Below, one piece after another: positions 22,613-35,700 of a stretch of DNA of 64,000 nucleotides. Positions within the stretch are counted from its first letter, which is position 1. Every line of letters starts with the position of its first letter. The stretch spans positions 868,001 to 932,000 of the forward strand of contig MU055549.1 of NCBI GenBank assembly GCA_013239625.1, read 5' to 3'. The notes beneath the pieces were generated by a model. That model was not told the origin of the DNA. It saw nothing but the letters and a program-made list of their open reading frames with translations, and made no database searches. Both the position numbers and the translations under genes were made by a program. The DNA comes from Lama guanicoe (Eukaryota).

Positions 22613-24276
22613 ATATCCCATTTAACTTCTTTGCAAAAGCAGCACGTGCCGCAGATGCCCTTAGCAGGAGCCAAACATGGGGACGTCTCTGAGGCCTGGA
22701 ACCTGTTTCCTAAGAGGTGGTATTGCTGTTTCCTCCTCCCCTCTCCTGCCCACAGTGGCCCAGGAATGCCCATGCACACCTGCACACAGGTGCTCGCACA
22801 CATACAAACTCACTCGTTCTGAGGCTGCACCTGAATTACAGAAAACTAAGCCAGAGAGCCCCCAGCCCCTGCCCCCGGCGCCCCTCAGAGGAGCACCAGA
22901 CCTCTGGGCTTCTCAACGTGGAGCCCTCATGGCTCCAAGATGTCACTTCACTCCTCCGCCATCTCTCTCCAAGCCACCAACAGGTCCCTACCCAGCAGAC
23001 GCCCTTACCCTTCGCCAAGGGAGGATTCGCAGTCCCAGAGCCTCCCACTGAGTTAGCAGGCCCACCAGCTTCTGAGACTCCACGCGGCCACCCCTGCTGG
23101 GTCACACCCGCAGCTCTGCAGCTCCCTCGTTCTTCCAACTCTCCACTCCCTTCGCTGCCAACCCGCTCCCTAAAGTCCACCAGTCTTTGCTCCCAGGGCC
23201 AATGGGCCCCTCTCTTTCAGGCCCTCAAACCAGGCTTCTTGTGCCCACAGTCTACTGGGGCCATCCTCACCGCCGTCAGGAGGTCACCACCATCTCCTGA
23301 CTCTGCCCTGTGCCCGGCTGTCACCCTGGGAAGAGCATCTCCAACCCCGCAGACGGCAGCAGATCCCTGCTTCACCCCTCCTCCGAGGCTCACAGTCCAC
23401 AGGCCCACGTAGTAGCTCATCGGCCCATGGCTGAGTCAGGGCCATGGCAGCTGCGTTTGTCTCTGTGGCCCAGAGGTGACTTGATTGGCTTCCTCTGACT
23501 TGTCAGGCTTCTCACATGCCCCTTCCTCTGTCAGATCCCCTCCAACCCACCCACCACACCCCTTGTGCCCCCAACATCACCCATCTCACCCAGAAACCAG
23601 GCTCTCATTCCCCTCTGCCTGTTGACTGCCTCCCCTCCCCCGCCACACGGGTATAGCCTGTCACAGAGAAACACTCTGTAAACGTGTGTCACGTGAGTCA
23701 ATGACACCCCAGAGCCATCACCACGCCCAGGGCCAGGGCTGCCCAACTTTCAGGGAGACATTGAACACTGACGTCACCCGGGTTAGAACCACTTTCACAG
23801 AACCGCTTCTGCTTGATACTCTTGCTCTTTGCCTTTGGAATGTCGCTCCATGTCTGTTACCTTTGCCAAAAGAAGGGGAAGGGGAAAGTTCTCAAAGCCC
23901 ACTTACCTGGCTTCAGGAGAGGCCTGGCCCACCTGGCATCTGGATGCAGCCCCTCAGCATTCATGGGCAGAGGAGGGGAGTGGGGGCAGCCAGAGCTGTG
24001 ACGTGGATTCCTCGGAGGAGCCAGCCCACTTTGTCCAAACCAGCCCACTTAGCCAGTCACTCTCTGGGCTCCCGGGAGGGAGACTGACCTAACTCTCTGG
24101 TTAAACAACAATGTGCTGCAAGCTTTTTCAAAAAGGGCAGCGCGTTGGCCACTACGTATCACATCGGTACTTAGTTTGAGGTAGTAACCGATTTACATCT
24201 GAACTCAGATTACCAGATGGTTGAGAGGTTGACAGCTGGGATTCCTTGCCCGCAAGCTTAAAAACTACCCTTCAGC

Positions 24277-24374
24277 AGATAGATTGATGGAGGGAGGGTT
24301 GGATGGATGGATGGATGGATGGATGGATGGGTAGGTAGGTAGGTAGGTAGGTGGATGGATGTATGGATAGATGG
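24277..24374. repeat. Compound microsatellite (GGAT)n(GGTA)n
   Basis: ggatggatgg...ggtaggtagg...ggatggat. Confidence 0.95.
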
Positions 24375-24734
24375 CACTTTGTAGTTACAAAATGTGTTTC
24401 AATCATTTAATAATCAGTCTTCAATACCCCTGCCATGTGGGTCAACCTAATTCCATTATATATAACACTGGGTTAACTGACTGACTCAAGATAATTTTCT
24501 GTAAGCAGACAGCCTGGTTGGATGCAGAATGAAAGGAATTCAGGGCTCTGTCCTCTTTTTGAGGGTCTGGACTCGGTCGCTTCAGGCAGAGGTGTTCCTG
24601 CCGTGAGTCAGTTAGTGGGCATTTTATTAGCTGACCTCAAATTCATCCGGGAAGGGAGGGCTCCTTTCCTCTGAATTATCTGGATACCTTCCTCATTAAT
24701 CAGTTTAACGGTTGCTGTCCCTCGGCAGGCGCTA

Positions 24735-24880
24735 GTTCTGTGTGAGGTGCCTTACAATCCTTGTTTCTAGTCCTCACAGCAGGCTTACGAGGTATGTATC
24801 TCTGTTTTACGGGTAAGGAGACCGAGGCTTTGAGACTAAAGCGCTGGCCACCTTCACACACTGGTTAGCACAGGTGCCGG
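24735..24880 (-). mobile_element. MIR fragment
   Basis: tcctcacagcagg...tctctgttttacgggtaaggagaccgaggct...tcacacactggttag resembles the MIR core. Confidence 0.65.
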
Positions 24881-24924
24881 TCCCCGGCAGCATGGCGTGG
24901 CCTTCACCTGCACCCAGCCATCTC

Positions 24925-25050
24925 TTCACTTATTCATTATTCCTCCAGCCGGTTTTTATTGCACACCTGCTCTGCGCTGTGCGCCACTCCAGACACCACG
25001 GAAAGGTGGTAATGTCGCCGGAGGCTGAGATTCCCACAGGAGAGCAGGCG
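24925..25050 (-). mobile_element. L2 3' end fragment
   Basis: cacttattcattattc...tttattgcacacctgctctgcgc resembles the L2 terminus. Confidence 0.55.
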
Positions 25051-25434
25051 GGAAACACGTGCCGGTCACTGGTTTAGGTGGCCTTGTGCCAGCTTACTGG
25101 AAATTTCCTCATGCAAGTCACATGCTCCTCACAAAATGTTTGAAAAAAGGAGAGCTGTGGACAGAGTGTGAGGAGGAGGTGCAACCGCTCAGGGTTTCTC
25201 TGCAGATCGCCCGGCACTGTTGGCGTCTTGGTGGCATTTCTGCCAGGGGTGTTCGCACTTGGCCGCATACCCAGCACTGGTCGTGCTGACCCCTCCCTCA
25301 AGCCCAGCACCGTGACGTGAGTGGCTCTGGCAGGACCGAACACTCTCCCGAAGTGAGCACTTTGGGATTCACCTGACTGGGGATGCCCTCGCATTGCAAG
25401 TTTAGGTTGTTTCCAATTTTGCACGATCAGGTCA

Positions 25435-25840
25435 TCAAATTTAGAAAAGGTATTTGACAAAATTTAACCTCCTTTTTGTGATTAAACACTCCCGACAGAC
25501 TAAAGATCAAGGAAACTTACTAAATTTGAGAAAATGACATCTGAAAAATTCACAGCTAACGTGTGCTTCCTGCTGACAGACTCAACTGAGCTCCGGAACA
25601 AGGCAAGGGTGCCCACTCCCACCTTCACAGAACTGAAGATCTGCTGATGCAACACTCACGTGAACTGAAGATCTGCCGATGCAATACAGTAAGAAAAAGA
25701 AATAGAAGGCACACAGGTTGGAGACGAAGAAGTGAAACTGCCTTTGGTTTCAGGCAGGCTGATCATCTACATAGAAAATCCTTAGCAATCTACAAAAAAT
25801 GTCACGAAATAAGTGACTCTAACGAGGTCATGGGACACAA
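25435..25840 (+). mobile_element. L1 ORF2 (RT region) fossil
   Basis: gaaaaggtatttgacaaaattt...ggaacaaggcaagggtgcccact...aagaaaaagaaatagaaggcac...gatcatctacatagaaaatcct. Confidence 0.8.
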
Positions 25841-27664
25841 GCTGAGAGGCCCGGGCGCGCTGAGCATCTCTCCCAGGCCCGGAGCGGTGTCCACAGCAGG
25901 AGCTCACCACGCTCCAGCAAATGGAGGTGACTCACTAACCCGGAGACTGGGGCTCCCATGGCAATTCAGAACCTCGACAGTGAGAACACGTAGCTGTCGG
26001 ACAGAGAGCCCTCGTCCATGGGCCGGACGCTCCGCCGTCAGCGGGACTCCTGCCCTGCTTTCCCAGGCCCACGGTGACTCCTCTATCTGGTTCGCTCCTA
26101 ATCCTAATAGCGCCATAATTGTTCCCCAAATCCTCCTAAGGTCAGAGGTGGACCTGTGCAGCCTGGGCCTTCCGATCTGGACCCCTCGCCCTGAAAGCGC
26201 TGACCCATCCCGACCCCACTGGCGCCCTACTCGGGGGGGAGCTGTCAGTGCTGTTTTCATCCCCCTGGACTTTGGAGGAAATTAAGGAGTGCGTTTTGGT
26301 TTCTCACGCAGAGTCTTAGTTACCTTTCCAATCAGATGCGTCTGGGAGCAGGAGGCCTGCTGTCTTGGGGAGGCAGTTAGCTCCTTTCCTTTGGCAGAAG
26401 CACACTGTTCACAGGGCCAAATGATTTCCATAAAATTACGCAGGCAGAAACGTTGGCGGTAGGGACTGCTGTTGGGGCAGGCAAGTGCCCGCGTACGCGT
26501 ACGCGTGGAGCTGTCTAGGCCGGCTCCCTGGGTCACGCCAGTCCGCTAAGGGGCCCACCAGCCAAGGGTTAACCCTTTGTAGCCAAAAAGACACATTGGT
26601 TCCAGAATCACTGACTCCCAGAGGATAACTAAACCAAAGTCAGGAAGATGACACGAGGAAAAGCTGTCACTGAGTGGGCAGTGCTCTCCTACAGCTGCCG
26701 GAGCGCAGCCGGAGTCAGCTCCCTCTGGGCGTAAGCGGAGAGCGCGGCTCTTACTCCTCCAGTTCGTCCTGTTTTGAAGACGTGCCAACTCTCGCTCCAG
26801 TAACCAGCATTGCTCACATCAAATCCACAGCCTCCAGTTTTCAGCTCGGCTGTGCTTGCTGTTTCGCAACTTTGTATTTATGGAGTCAGCTTTCTAAAGA
26901 CTCACGTCCACTGTCCCTCCTTGGAATGTTCGGAAGAACTTAAAAAAGCCTAACTTTGTTTTAAAGGTGAAGCCCCCGCACGTGTGTGTAAGCCCTTCAT
27001 CAAGGGTGTTTCGTGACCTTTGCCTCCTCCCTCCCCTCGGGCGTCTAGCTAGGGCTGGGGGTGCGGCTGGCTTTCTCCGTCGGCATATAGAGAGCAGAAA
27101 GGAGACTCGCCCGGGCCCGGAGTGGGAGTGGGTGGGTGGGGGGACGGGCGGGAGGACATGCAGAGGATCTCACTAGGTGGAAACGGGTTCCTGAGAAGAC
27201 GCTTCCTATTCAGCGCCGACACTGACAGCGGCCTGTTCAAAGTTAAATCTCACCAGTTAAGTGCACTACATGTTTCTGTCTATTAAAGTGAACTTCTCAA
27301 CAATTTGTTTTTTTGCCAACCAACTACATCTTCGCTTTGGGAGACCTTCATAAATAACTTACTGTCTGCTGTATTATTTCCTCTGTTTGTAAGGAAAATG
27401 GCAGAAACTGTAGCTATGTTGCCGTCCATGGCCAGCTGTGGTCAGTATCTGCCAGTGCAGGAAAAAGCCGGGTGGCGCTGGACCGAGTCCCAGACGTTAG
27501 TTCTGGCGGTCGGTTGTCACATCTCAGTCAGCTGACAGCAGTTTCAGCAGCAGCTCGGGGTGGAGGGGGAAGTAGGCACGGAGGTTGTGCTGCCTCCCTG
27601 AGACTCTTCACTCGGGGGTTTGCTTCTGGAAGGAAGGGTGGTGGAGTATCACTTGCAAGGAGTG

Positions 27665-27770
27665 GGGAGAGATGGAAGGAAGGAAAGAAAGGGAGGCAGG
27701 AAGGATGGAAGGAAGAAAAGAAAGGGAGGAAGGAAGGACAGAAGGATGGAAGGAAGGAAGGAAAAACAAA
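27665..27770. repeat. (GGAA)n-like polypurine tract
   Basis: ggaaggaaggaaagaaagggaggcaggaagg...; almost purine-only on the + strand. Confidence 0.9.
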
Positions 27771-30700
27771 GGGTTGGCCACCATGACCCCACACGTTTGA
27801 GGACAGCTATTAAGTCGCTACTCAAAGCCCCATCTCCTTGTGACTGAAGATCACGCCCGCGTCCTCCCTGGTGCGGGCGGTCCCTCTAGGGTAATCCCAG
27901 AAACCAGCCTCACCTCTGTTGCAAAGGCCATGTGTCTTCCAATCTTCTTCTATTTAAAGTATTTACTTACTTCTAGGCAGAAACACCCTACTGAAACAGC
28001 TTACTGCTAAAAACAGGACTGTCTTGAGTATAATTATAATTAAGACAGGACTACCTCCTCACTCGTTCCACTAGCTACTCAAGTTCACCATTTCATATCT
28101 CAGAACAATTCAAGTCTAATAAGAAAAGTTAGTAAAACCCAAGTATTTCATTTCCTTATTTGTGTTTTTGTTTTTCAATTCCTCTATTAAACAGAACTAT
28201 GCCATCAGTAATACGAAGAGGGTTCTGATAAGACACAAGGCATTCTTTTATCTGTAAGTTTTTTACTTTCCTCTTAATCGTAAAGGTAAAGCATGTTGAC
28301 ATCGAATGCAAGCCTTTCTATTAACGCGAGGATGCTTGTGTAGCCTTCAGCTCAATTTCCTTCTATTAGTTTTAACATCACATGTGCTTCGTAGATGCAC
28401 CCCGGGCGTTCCCGTCTCTTGTGCTGTCATCAGGAGTGCAGCCGTCTTCAGTCACACAGTCAGACTGCTGTGGTCTTGAGAAAGATGTGCTGCTCATCTA
28501 AGCATATATTTGAAGTTTTAAAACCATGGCTTCTGGCTTTCTCTCTTTGACTATTTAGTAGACATTCTCTTGGGCTTTTCAAGCAGGCAGGCACATTAGC
28601 CAATCTGAAATGACGGCTTTAATGCTATTTAAAGCTGAAGTAAGATACACCCCAGAATGGGAAAAGGCACATGTTTTTTTCCAAACCACAAATACATTTA
28701 ATTAAACTGTTTACTATTTGAAATGAGTCCAACACAATATTTGGTTTACAACATGCCCCATCATCCATTTTTAAATGCTGTGCCTTGAGTAATAACGCAT
28801 TTCAAGTAATTCTGTGGTGAGAGGCCTTCATGACAGGTGCCGCTGGCCTAGGGGGGTGCTCGGCCTCTCCTGCGCCGCCGTCTCTTGTCGCTTTGCTCTG
28901 GTCGCCTGCTGCTTTTGCCAGGGCTCACCCGGGCTGGCAAGAGTAAAATGCCCCAAATCTAGCAACTGAATTGCAGACGGTACAATTACCCACTCAGCAG
29001 CTGGTACCCGCACCTCTCAACCTTTAAAATGAGTCCAGGATCAATGAGTGGAACAGTCGTGCTAATTAAGATTCATTCAAAACTAAAAGCCTGCTTAAAA
29101 CTGCAGATTCCACCGTTTCCAGCCAAAGCCCAGGAAACAAACCCAGCCGGAGCCCCTGAAATCCGGGACTGGGGAGGTGGGGGGACAGAGAACCATGTCC
29201 CAACCCCCACAGGACTCCGGGCCAGCTCCTCCCGTGGGCCCCTCTGGCACTGTGGTGCTTGACCCAAGGAGAAGGGCTCCTCCCCTCCCCAACTTTGGTG
29301 CAGGGCGGGGTCCAGCTCCCGGACCCCTCCTTCCTTCATCCGGACACTGAAGGCAGCAGTGCCTGGGCAAGGCCTGGGGGAGGCCACACGGGGGTGATGG
29401 TGGGGGCAGGCGCTCCCAGAGGGGACACAGACTTGCCTGGGGCAGCTCGGGGAGCAAAGAGCAGGGCTGGTTTGGGTGGACAGGGGTCTTCCCAGAGCTC
29501 AGAGCCTGAACCAGCAAGAGCAGGCAGCTGACTACATTTCTAAGCACACGCACAGTTTAGAGAGCGCCGCGATCCTGGTCCAGGTGAACCGCGGTTTCTG
29601 TGCCAGGGCTTTTGGACCCAGTTCTTCATTCAAGCCACAGAGCGCTGATGATGGTTCCTGGGATCAACCCCAGCTCATCAAGGGCGCTGAGGAGAGAGGT
29701 AGCGCCTGACGCTTGCCATCCTAGGACTTCGACTCACAGGCTCGCTCCGGCTGGACCTGGGGAGAGAGCACAGGGCCCAGCCTCCTGACCCATCTGTCCT
29801 TCATCCAGCAGAGTCCACTGGGCTCCCCAGGCCAGGTCTGGGACGCCCACCTCCCTTTCCTGGCTGACTTCTGCACAGCAGGCCTTCCCAGGGGACACCC
29901 AGGGCAGGACCCCACCTCCACTGTCTGCTGGGCTCCCCCAGGGGCCCCCGCCTGCTCTCTGCCTGCAGGAGGGAGGCCAACTGCCTCCAAGCCTTCCCTC
30001 AAGCCCAGCCAGTCTCGGGCACCCTCCCTGGCTCTGCTGGTGCCACAGACTGGCCTGGGCTGGGCAGGCCCAGGGACTTCACCTCCCGGGCTGGCGGACA
30101 AGACAGGCTTAAGCCCCCTCAGCCCCACAATGCAGAGGAAGCCGTCTGCAAGCACAGCAGAGCAGGTACCGACGGACAGACAGACAAGCCTGGAGCCTCA
30201 GGCACAGAGAGAGACCGAGACCGAGGGAGCCTACTGATGTCGCGAGCCCTGCCTGGAGCCCCCAGGCGTCTCAAGCCAGCCTGACCTGGGTTCTGCTGTC
30301 ACCCCCAGCCACTCACATCCACACATCAGCACCTGAACCAAGGTGCCTGCCACGGCCAGCCACGTCCACCCTCGTCCACCCTCCTGAGAGGGCTCCCTGC
30401 CTGAGCGATGCTCTCTGTTGTGACACCTCCACACCCTGGGGCCCCTTGCACATGTTGGGGGCATGGGGACAAAGTCCTCAACCACTGGGCTGTGTAACAG
30501 TCTGACTGTGACATCCCTGTCACGACCAAAACCAGGACAGAAGGAGGGCAGGGCAGCCAAATGAGGAGCCGGCAGCTCTTTCTGTCCAGAAGCAAAGGGC
30601 CGGTGTTCGTGAAGTGGGTCATGAAATACTCATACGACCAGAAATGATGCCTCCAGGAGGGCAGCATCGGAGGCGAGGGAGGGGACCTGCTCGTTGGATG

Positions 30701-32674
30701 AGCCCCGTTCGTGTCAGCACAGAGAAGGCACGGCTGGGGTGTCAGCTCAGGTCCCTGAAACATCCCCCGGGCACGGGTGGGTGAAGGGGCTCAGAAGATG
30801 ACCGGTCCTGCAGGGAGAGAGGAGGGGATGGACAGACAGAGCCCAGGGACTGCCTGCAGGGCCACAACCACACAGCCCAGGGCAGGGAGAAATACCCCGG
30901 CCGTTCTCTCCCTGGTCCTCCCATGCACTGGACCCAAGCAGAGGTCGGCAAGCAAGTCCGGGCTCAGCCTCTGGGCCAGAGCGAGGGGAAGGGTGGGGTG
31001 GCCAGAATGAGCATCACCGTTGCCCCCGCCCCCGAGCTCCTTGAGCCACTCTCCAGCCACTCCGATTGGGCAGAGAGGGGATGCCACATCTCCCAGGCTT
31101 GTGCCCACACCGTCTGGCTCTGCAGGGGCAGGTGGCCAGGCTGGGGATGGCTCTCCCGTCCCATCCCAGGGGGTCGCCTGGTCAGCAGGTCCCCGATGGA
31201 TTCTCTAAGGGCAGACGCACACTGGCCCATATGCAGCAACAGAGGCGTAAACTTCGTTTCCATCCGTCCACTTCCCTGCAGACCCTTCTACCAGGAAGAC
31301 AAACGGAGTTTGTGTGGCATGGCACAGGCTGTGGACAGCCCAGCCCAGGGGCCTCAGCTCCCAGCAGCCCCACTCCACCTGGGGCAGGAGCTCAGAGCCT
31401 TTCCTCAGCTTTCCTGCTCACCTGGCAGGAAGCTGCTCCGAGGCCAGGCTGGCTCTGAAGGGGTCCCACTCCCTCCAGCCAGCAGGGCCACCCCCTCCCC
31501 ACTGGGACCTAGGCTTGCACCGCACTGCCTTCTGCGTGGGGCTTGCCTGCGACATTCTGATGTCCTGGTTCCTGGGGTGCCGCTCCCCAGCCCCAAGCCC
31601 CCACAACATACCCCCAGCTGAGTCATGGGAGGGACCCTCTCAGCTCCTGGTCAGCACAGCCTCTCTCTCCTTTCCACAGACCCAGGCTCTCTGCCCACCA
31701 GTGGGGTCCTGGGACAGCTGGTTCCTGCAGCCGGGTGGATTACGGAAGCCAGGGGCACAGCACTGGGATGGAGCAGGGAGAGACGGCCGGCAGCTCCCAG
31801 CACCACCGCCGTGCAGCCACGCTCAGGGAAATGAGACTCAGAGAATGACCTGGAAGGACCTTGGTGTGGTCAGCCCCACGGCCACGGAGTGGGTAGGGGA
31901 GGAAGGGGAAGTGGGCTGACGGGGAGGGGCGGAGGAGCCTCCTGGCAAAGACAGGGCCGCTGCCTCCTGCCTCCTGCTGTGGGGTGTTTGGTCCCCAGGG
32001 CAGACAGGAGGACAAGGACCCCAGGACCTTGCGAGCCACCAGCCTGCAGACACTCTGCCACCCTGGTGGGACGCTCAGCCCTGCGTGGCTGGTGGCATGA
32101 GGCACCCGATCAGGCCCAGACTGACCCTCACAGGTGTCCCCATGTCCCCTGCTGGCCCTTCCACTTGCTCTAAACCAGGCTTTGGGCGTCACCTGCTTCC
32201 AGGCCTGGAGAGTCTCGTCAGCATCGAGGTGCTACTTGTGACCAGCCTGGCTAGGGACAGGGGCTCACCGTTGCCCAGAAGGGGCCAGCTCACGAGTCAC
32301 CTGTACCTGCAGAGCCCAGGGGCCCTCTTCCAGGATGTTGTATGGCCTGAGAGGCACCAGAGAACTCTGCCAGGCTCCCCTCCGCACCCCAGAGGGGTCC
32401 TGTCCACTTTCCTGTGGACAGGAAGGCAGAGCCGTCCCGGGACACCGCCCTCAGGAAGGTGAGCCCTGGGGGTGGAGGGGACACGGGGGCTTCCCATGGG
32501 CAGCCTGGCTCTTGTGGGCTGACAAGGAGACCTACCGCTCTCCCCTTTCAGGCATGTCTGCAGGCAAGGGGGCCCCTCCGAGGGGCTAGGAAGCTTTGGG
32601 ACGTTCCTACAAAAGATGTGGTCCTGGCTAGCCGTGTGAGCACTGGCCTCCAGGTGTCTCCCCTCGGCCCCTGC

Positions 32675-32730
32675 ACGACCTTGGCAGACAGCTGCCGCCC
32701 CTGGCCTCAGTTTCCGTCTGTGTAGGGGTG
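32675..32730 (+). mobile_element. Possible MIR core fragment
   Basis: gaccttggcaga...ggcctcagtttccgtctgtgtagggg. Confidence 0.45.
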
Positions 32731-35700
32731 CCCCGTGGCAGTTCAGCCGCCAGGATTGCAGGGAGGACAGCGGCTCGCAGGCGAGGGCCTCGGCCAGCTA
32801 CCGGCCGGGCACTGGGTGTTTGTTGGGTTCAGTCTCCAGTCTGAGCTCAGCTGCTGGAAGAGAGTGTGAGAGAGGCAGCCCTGGCGCCAGCCCTTACATC
32901 TGTCTCTGCGCTGCCTTCTCCTCACGCACAGCCCCTCCGTCCACGTTGAAGAAAGTAACTTTATGGAGCAAGCCGGCATGCACTCGACTTTCAGACACAA
33001 GCCTCACATCACAGAAAAGGAGAAGTGCTTCCCAGCTGTGTCCGCCCCCTCAGGGCGCTGCCCGCGGTCCGGTCTGCCGTCTGCAGGCACGGAGACTGCT
33101 TTTTAATCCCAGAAAAAGGCAAACCAGAGGGCCGGCTCTAGGCTATTTTAAGCACAGACTTAGAAGTAAAAGCAGCTGGAGAGTGAGAAGTTTTAGGAAC
33201 ATTTCCATTTCCTGGAGTGATGGAGCAGAGAATCTGGCAGGCGGGCCGAGCAGCCCGAGCCCTCCGCTGGCAGAGCCAGGCTCCAGGCCTCCGCCGCCAG
33301 CCCCCGGCTCAGTGTGTGGTGCGTGCTGGAGGCCGGCAAGCAGCCCGGCCTGGCAGGCCGTGCCAGGTGAGCAGTGACTCAGCAGGTGGGCGTGCTGGCT
33401 GGACGCTAAGGCGGGTGTGTCCACAGGCCCCAAGCTGCAGAGGACTCCAAGGAGAGACGGCAGCCCTGCCCTGACCCTCTCAGAGTTGGCCAGGCAGTGC
33501 CCATGTGGCCAGCTCTTCCCCCAGGACCACCTCGAGGGCCGAGGCCACGGTCCTCAGTGCGGCCTTGAGTCTCTCCTGCTTTCCTCTGCTGCAGGATGCC
33601 CGCCTGGGAGGCCTCTGGCTGGATCTGAGGAATCTGCATCCTTGGCCACCCTCTCTCTCTGTGTGTCCCCTTCCCGGGCTGGCCTGGCCGTGTCCTGTGT
33701 CTCTGGAACTGGACACCTAGACACAGACCACAGGGCTTGGCGTAGGGGCCTCCCCTAGCGGGGAAGTCCGTGAGTCCCTCGAATACCGTGAGCTCCCTTA
33801 TCCTGTGTCCAGAGACAGGTCTGCGCTGAGGGGCCCGCTCTGGTTCCTGAAGGGCTTCTGCACGTGGGAGCCCAGAAGTTCCCACTCAGTCGCCTGCTCC
33901 CCGGCCAGCACCTTCCTGCGTTCGGTGCTGGGTGCTGGCTTTGCTGGGTCCTGACCCTGGGGCAGCCCCAGCAGGGCAGTGTCTGTTTCAGGGCCACCTC
34001 CTCCCACGCCGAGTTCTCAGGCCACAGTGGAGGGGCCAGGCTGCAGCAGGCCCTGCTCCCCAGGCTTCAGCTGCGGGGAAGCTCCCAGCCAGGGCTGAGA
34101 GCCCAAGGGACTGGGGACGCTGGATGTGGAGCTGGACACCTGGGGAGGTGGTCCCGTCAGAGCTCCCGCTTCCCTCTCAACCCCCTGGAGACTCATCACT
34201 GTGGGCGCGCCACTGCCACGGCAGGCGGAGGGAGCGCTCGGCACGTGCACGTGGCTGCCCCCAGTGTGCGACGTCTGCAGCCCACACCACCGGCAGCTCT
34301 GAGCCTCCGATGGACTTGTTCTCGCTGACGACTGGCCAGCGTCCCTGTAGCTCAGATCTGCTGCCCCGCGACCCTCAGCACAGCGTGGATGGCTGACCCT
34401 CTCCCTGCAGGGCCAGCACCCGCACGCCGACCGGGTCCTTCCCGGGGAGGAGGGTTGACTGCTCCATGCGGTCTGCCTCACTGCTCACGCTCACCGGTGG
34501 GCATGACGATTTCAGGGGACAGACAAGCGCGATCACCTGGCAATTCCTTTCAGGCCACAAATTACTTTTTCAGAGGGAAAAGCCTCATCTTTGCCAGAAG
34601 GCCTGGGAGGCAATCGTGAAAATTATTTCTTCTCTCAGGATGTCAAAGGACTGCGGAGGGGCGTCTGTCTGGAAGGGCCCGCTGTAGGGTGAGCACATGG
34701 GCGGGAGGGGAGAGGCCTCACTCCCGGGGGGCCAGTCCTGACCTCAGCCACACAGTGTCCCCATCTTCACTCTCGGTGGAGGGGGGGAATGTGCCTCAGG
34801 ACAATTCCATGAGACTGTGATGCTGTCTCGTGCTCCCTGGAAGCTGCCATCTCTGGGCTGTGGTGAACACCCATGACCTATGCACCTTTTCGGTCACCGA
34901 CTTACGAGTCTCTCCTCATGAGTGTCTTGTAAGTCACAGCATCCCCCCGACCCGGCCCAGGGGCATTTCCGGATGGGGCACTTGTGGGAGTCCCTTCTCC
35001 CAGTGGGGCTGAGTGTGGGCTGGGCAAGCCCTGCCAGCCACTTGGACCTCATCCTTTTTCTTTCCAGAAATGGAGCAGGTGGCTCTGCCCCAGGACGTCC
35101 GGCTGTCTTTCCTTCTAAGCCCAGACGTCCCCTCTGGCACACAAGTGCTTTCTTGTGCCGCTGTGTGGCTTTGCACCAGAGATGACCACGTGGACGGGGT
35201 GGGGATAGCCTGCTCTGGGGTGAGGCCAGACTCCAGGCCTTAGGACAGTCTACCCCCACTGAGGGGTCTCCGGCATTGGAGCTGCTGGGCCCGGAGGTTG
35301 TGCTGGCGGAGTTTGGGCAGGGCCTTTCTCAGTCACTAAGGCCTCTGGTTATGAAAGTGCCAGGTCAGATGGTGGTCAGGGGCCTGAGCCCTCGGGTGAT
35401 TGATCCGCTGGCCCAGCAGCGTCCAGCCCACAGGTGGGCCTGGCGAGCATGCCCTGCAGTCAGTCTGTGGGCTCAGAAGTGAGCCAAAGCGTCCTGGGGA
35501 GGGACCTCAGAGCACAGGCTTCTCGTCTGGCTCCTCACAGAGCCGCCTCCGGGGCCAGCGCTTCTCCACGGCCAGAATGACCACCCTGAGGGCCAGGACC
35601 TTCAGTGAATGGCTCGGGGTGCCCAGGAGCCGTGCTGGCCGGGCTACTGCTCTTCTGGTGGAAACAAGCCAAGCGCCTGTGTGTTTGTGGGACCCCTACA

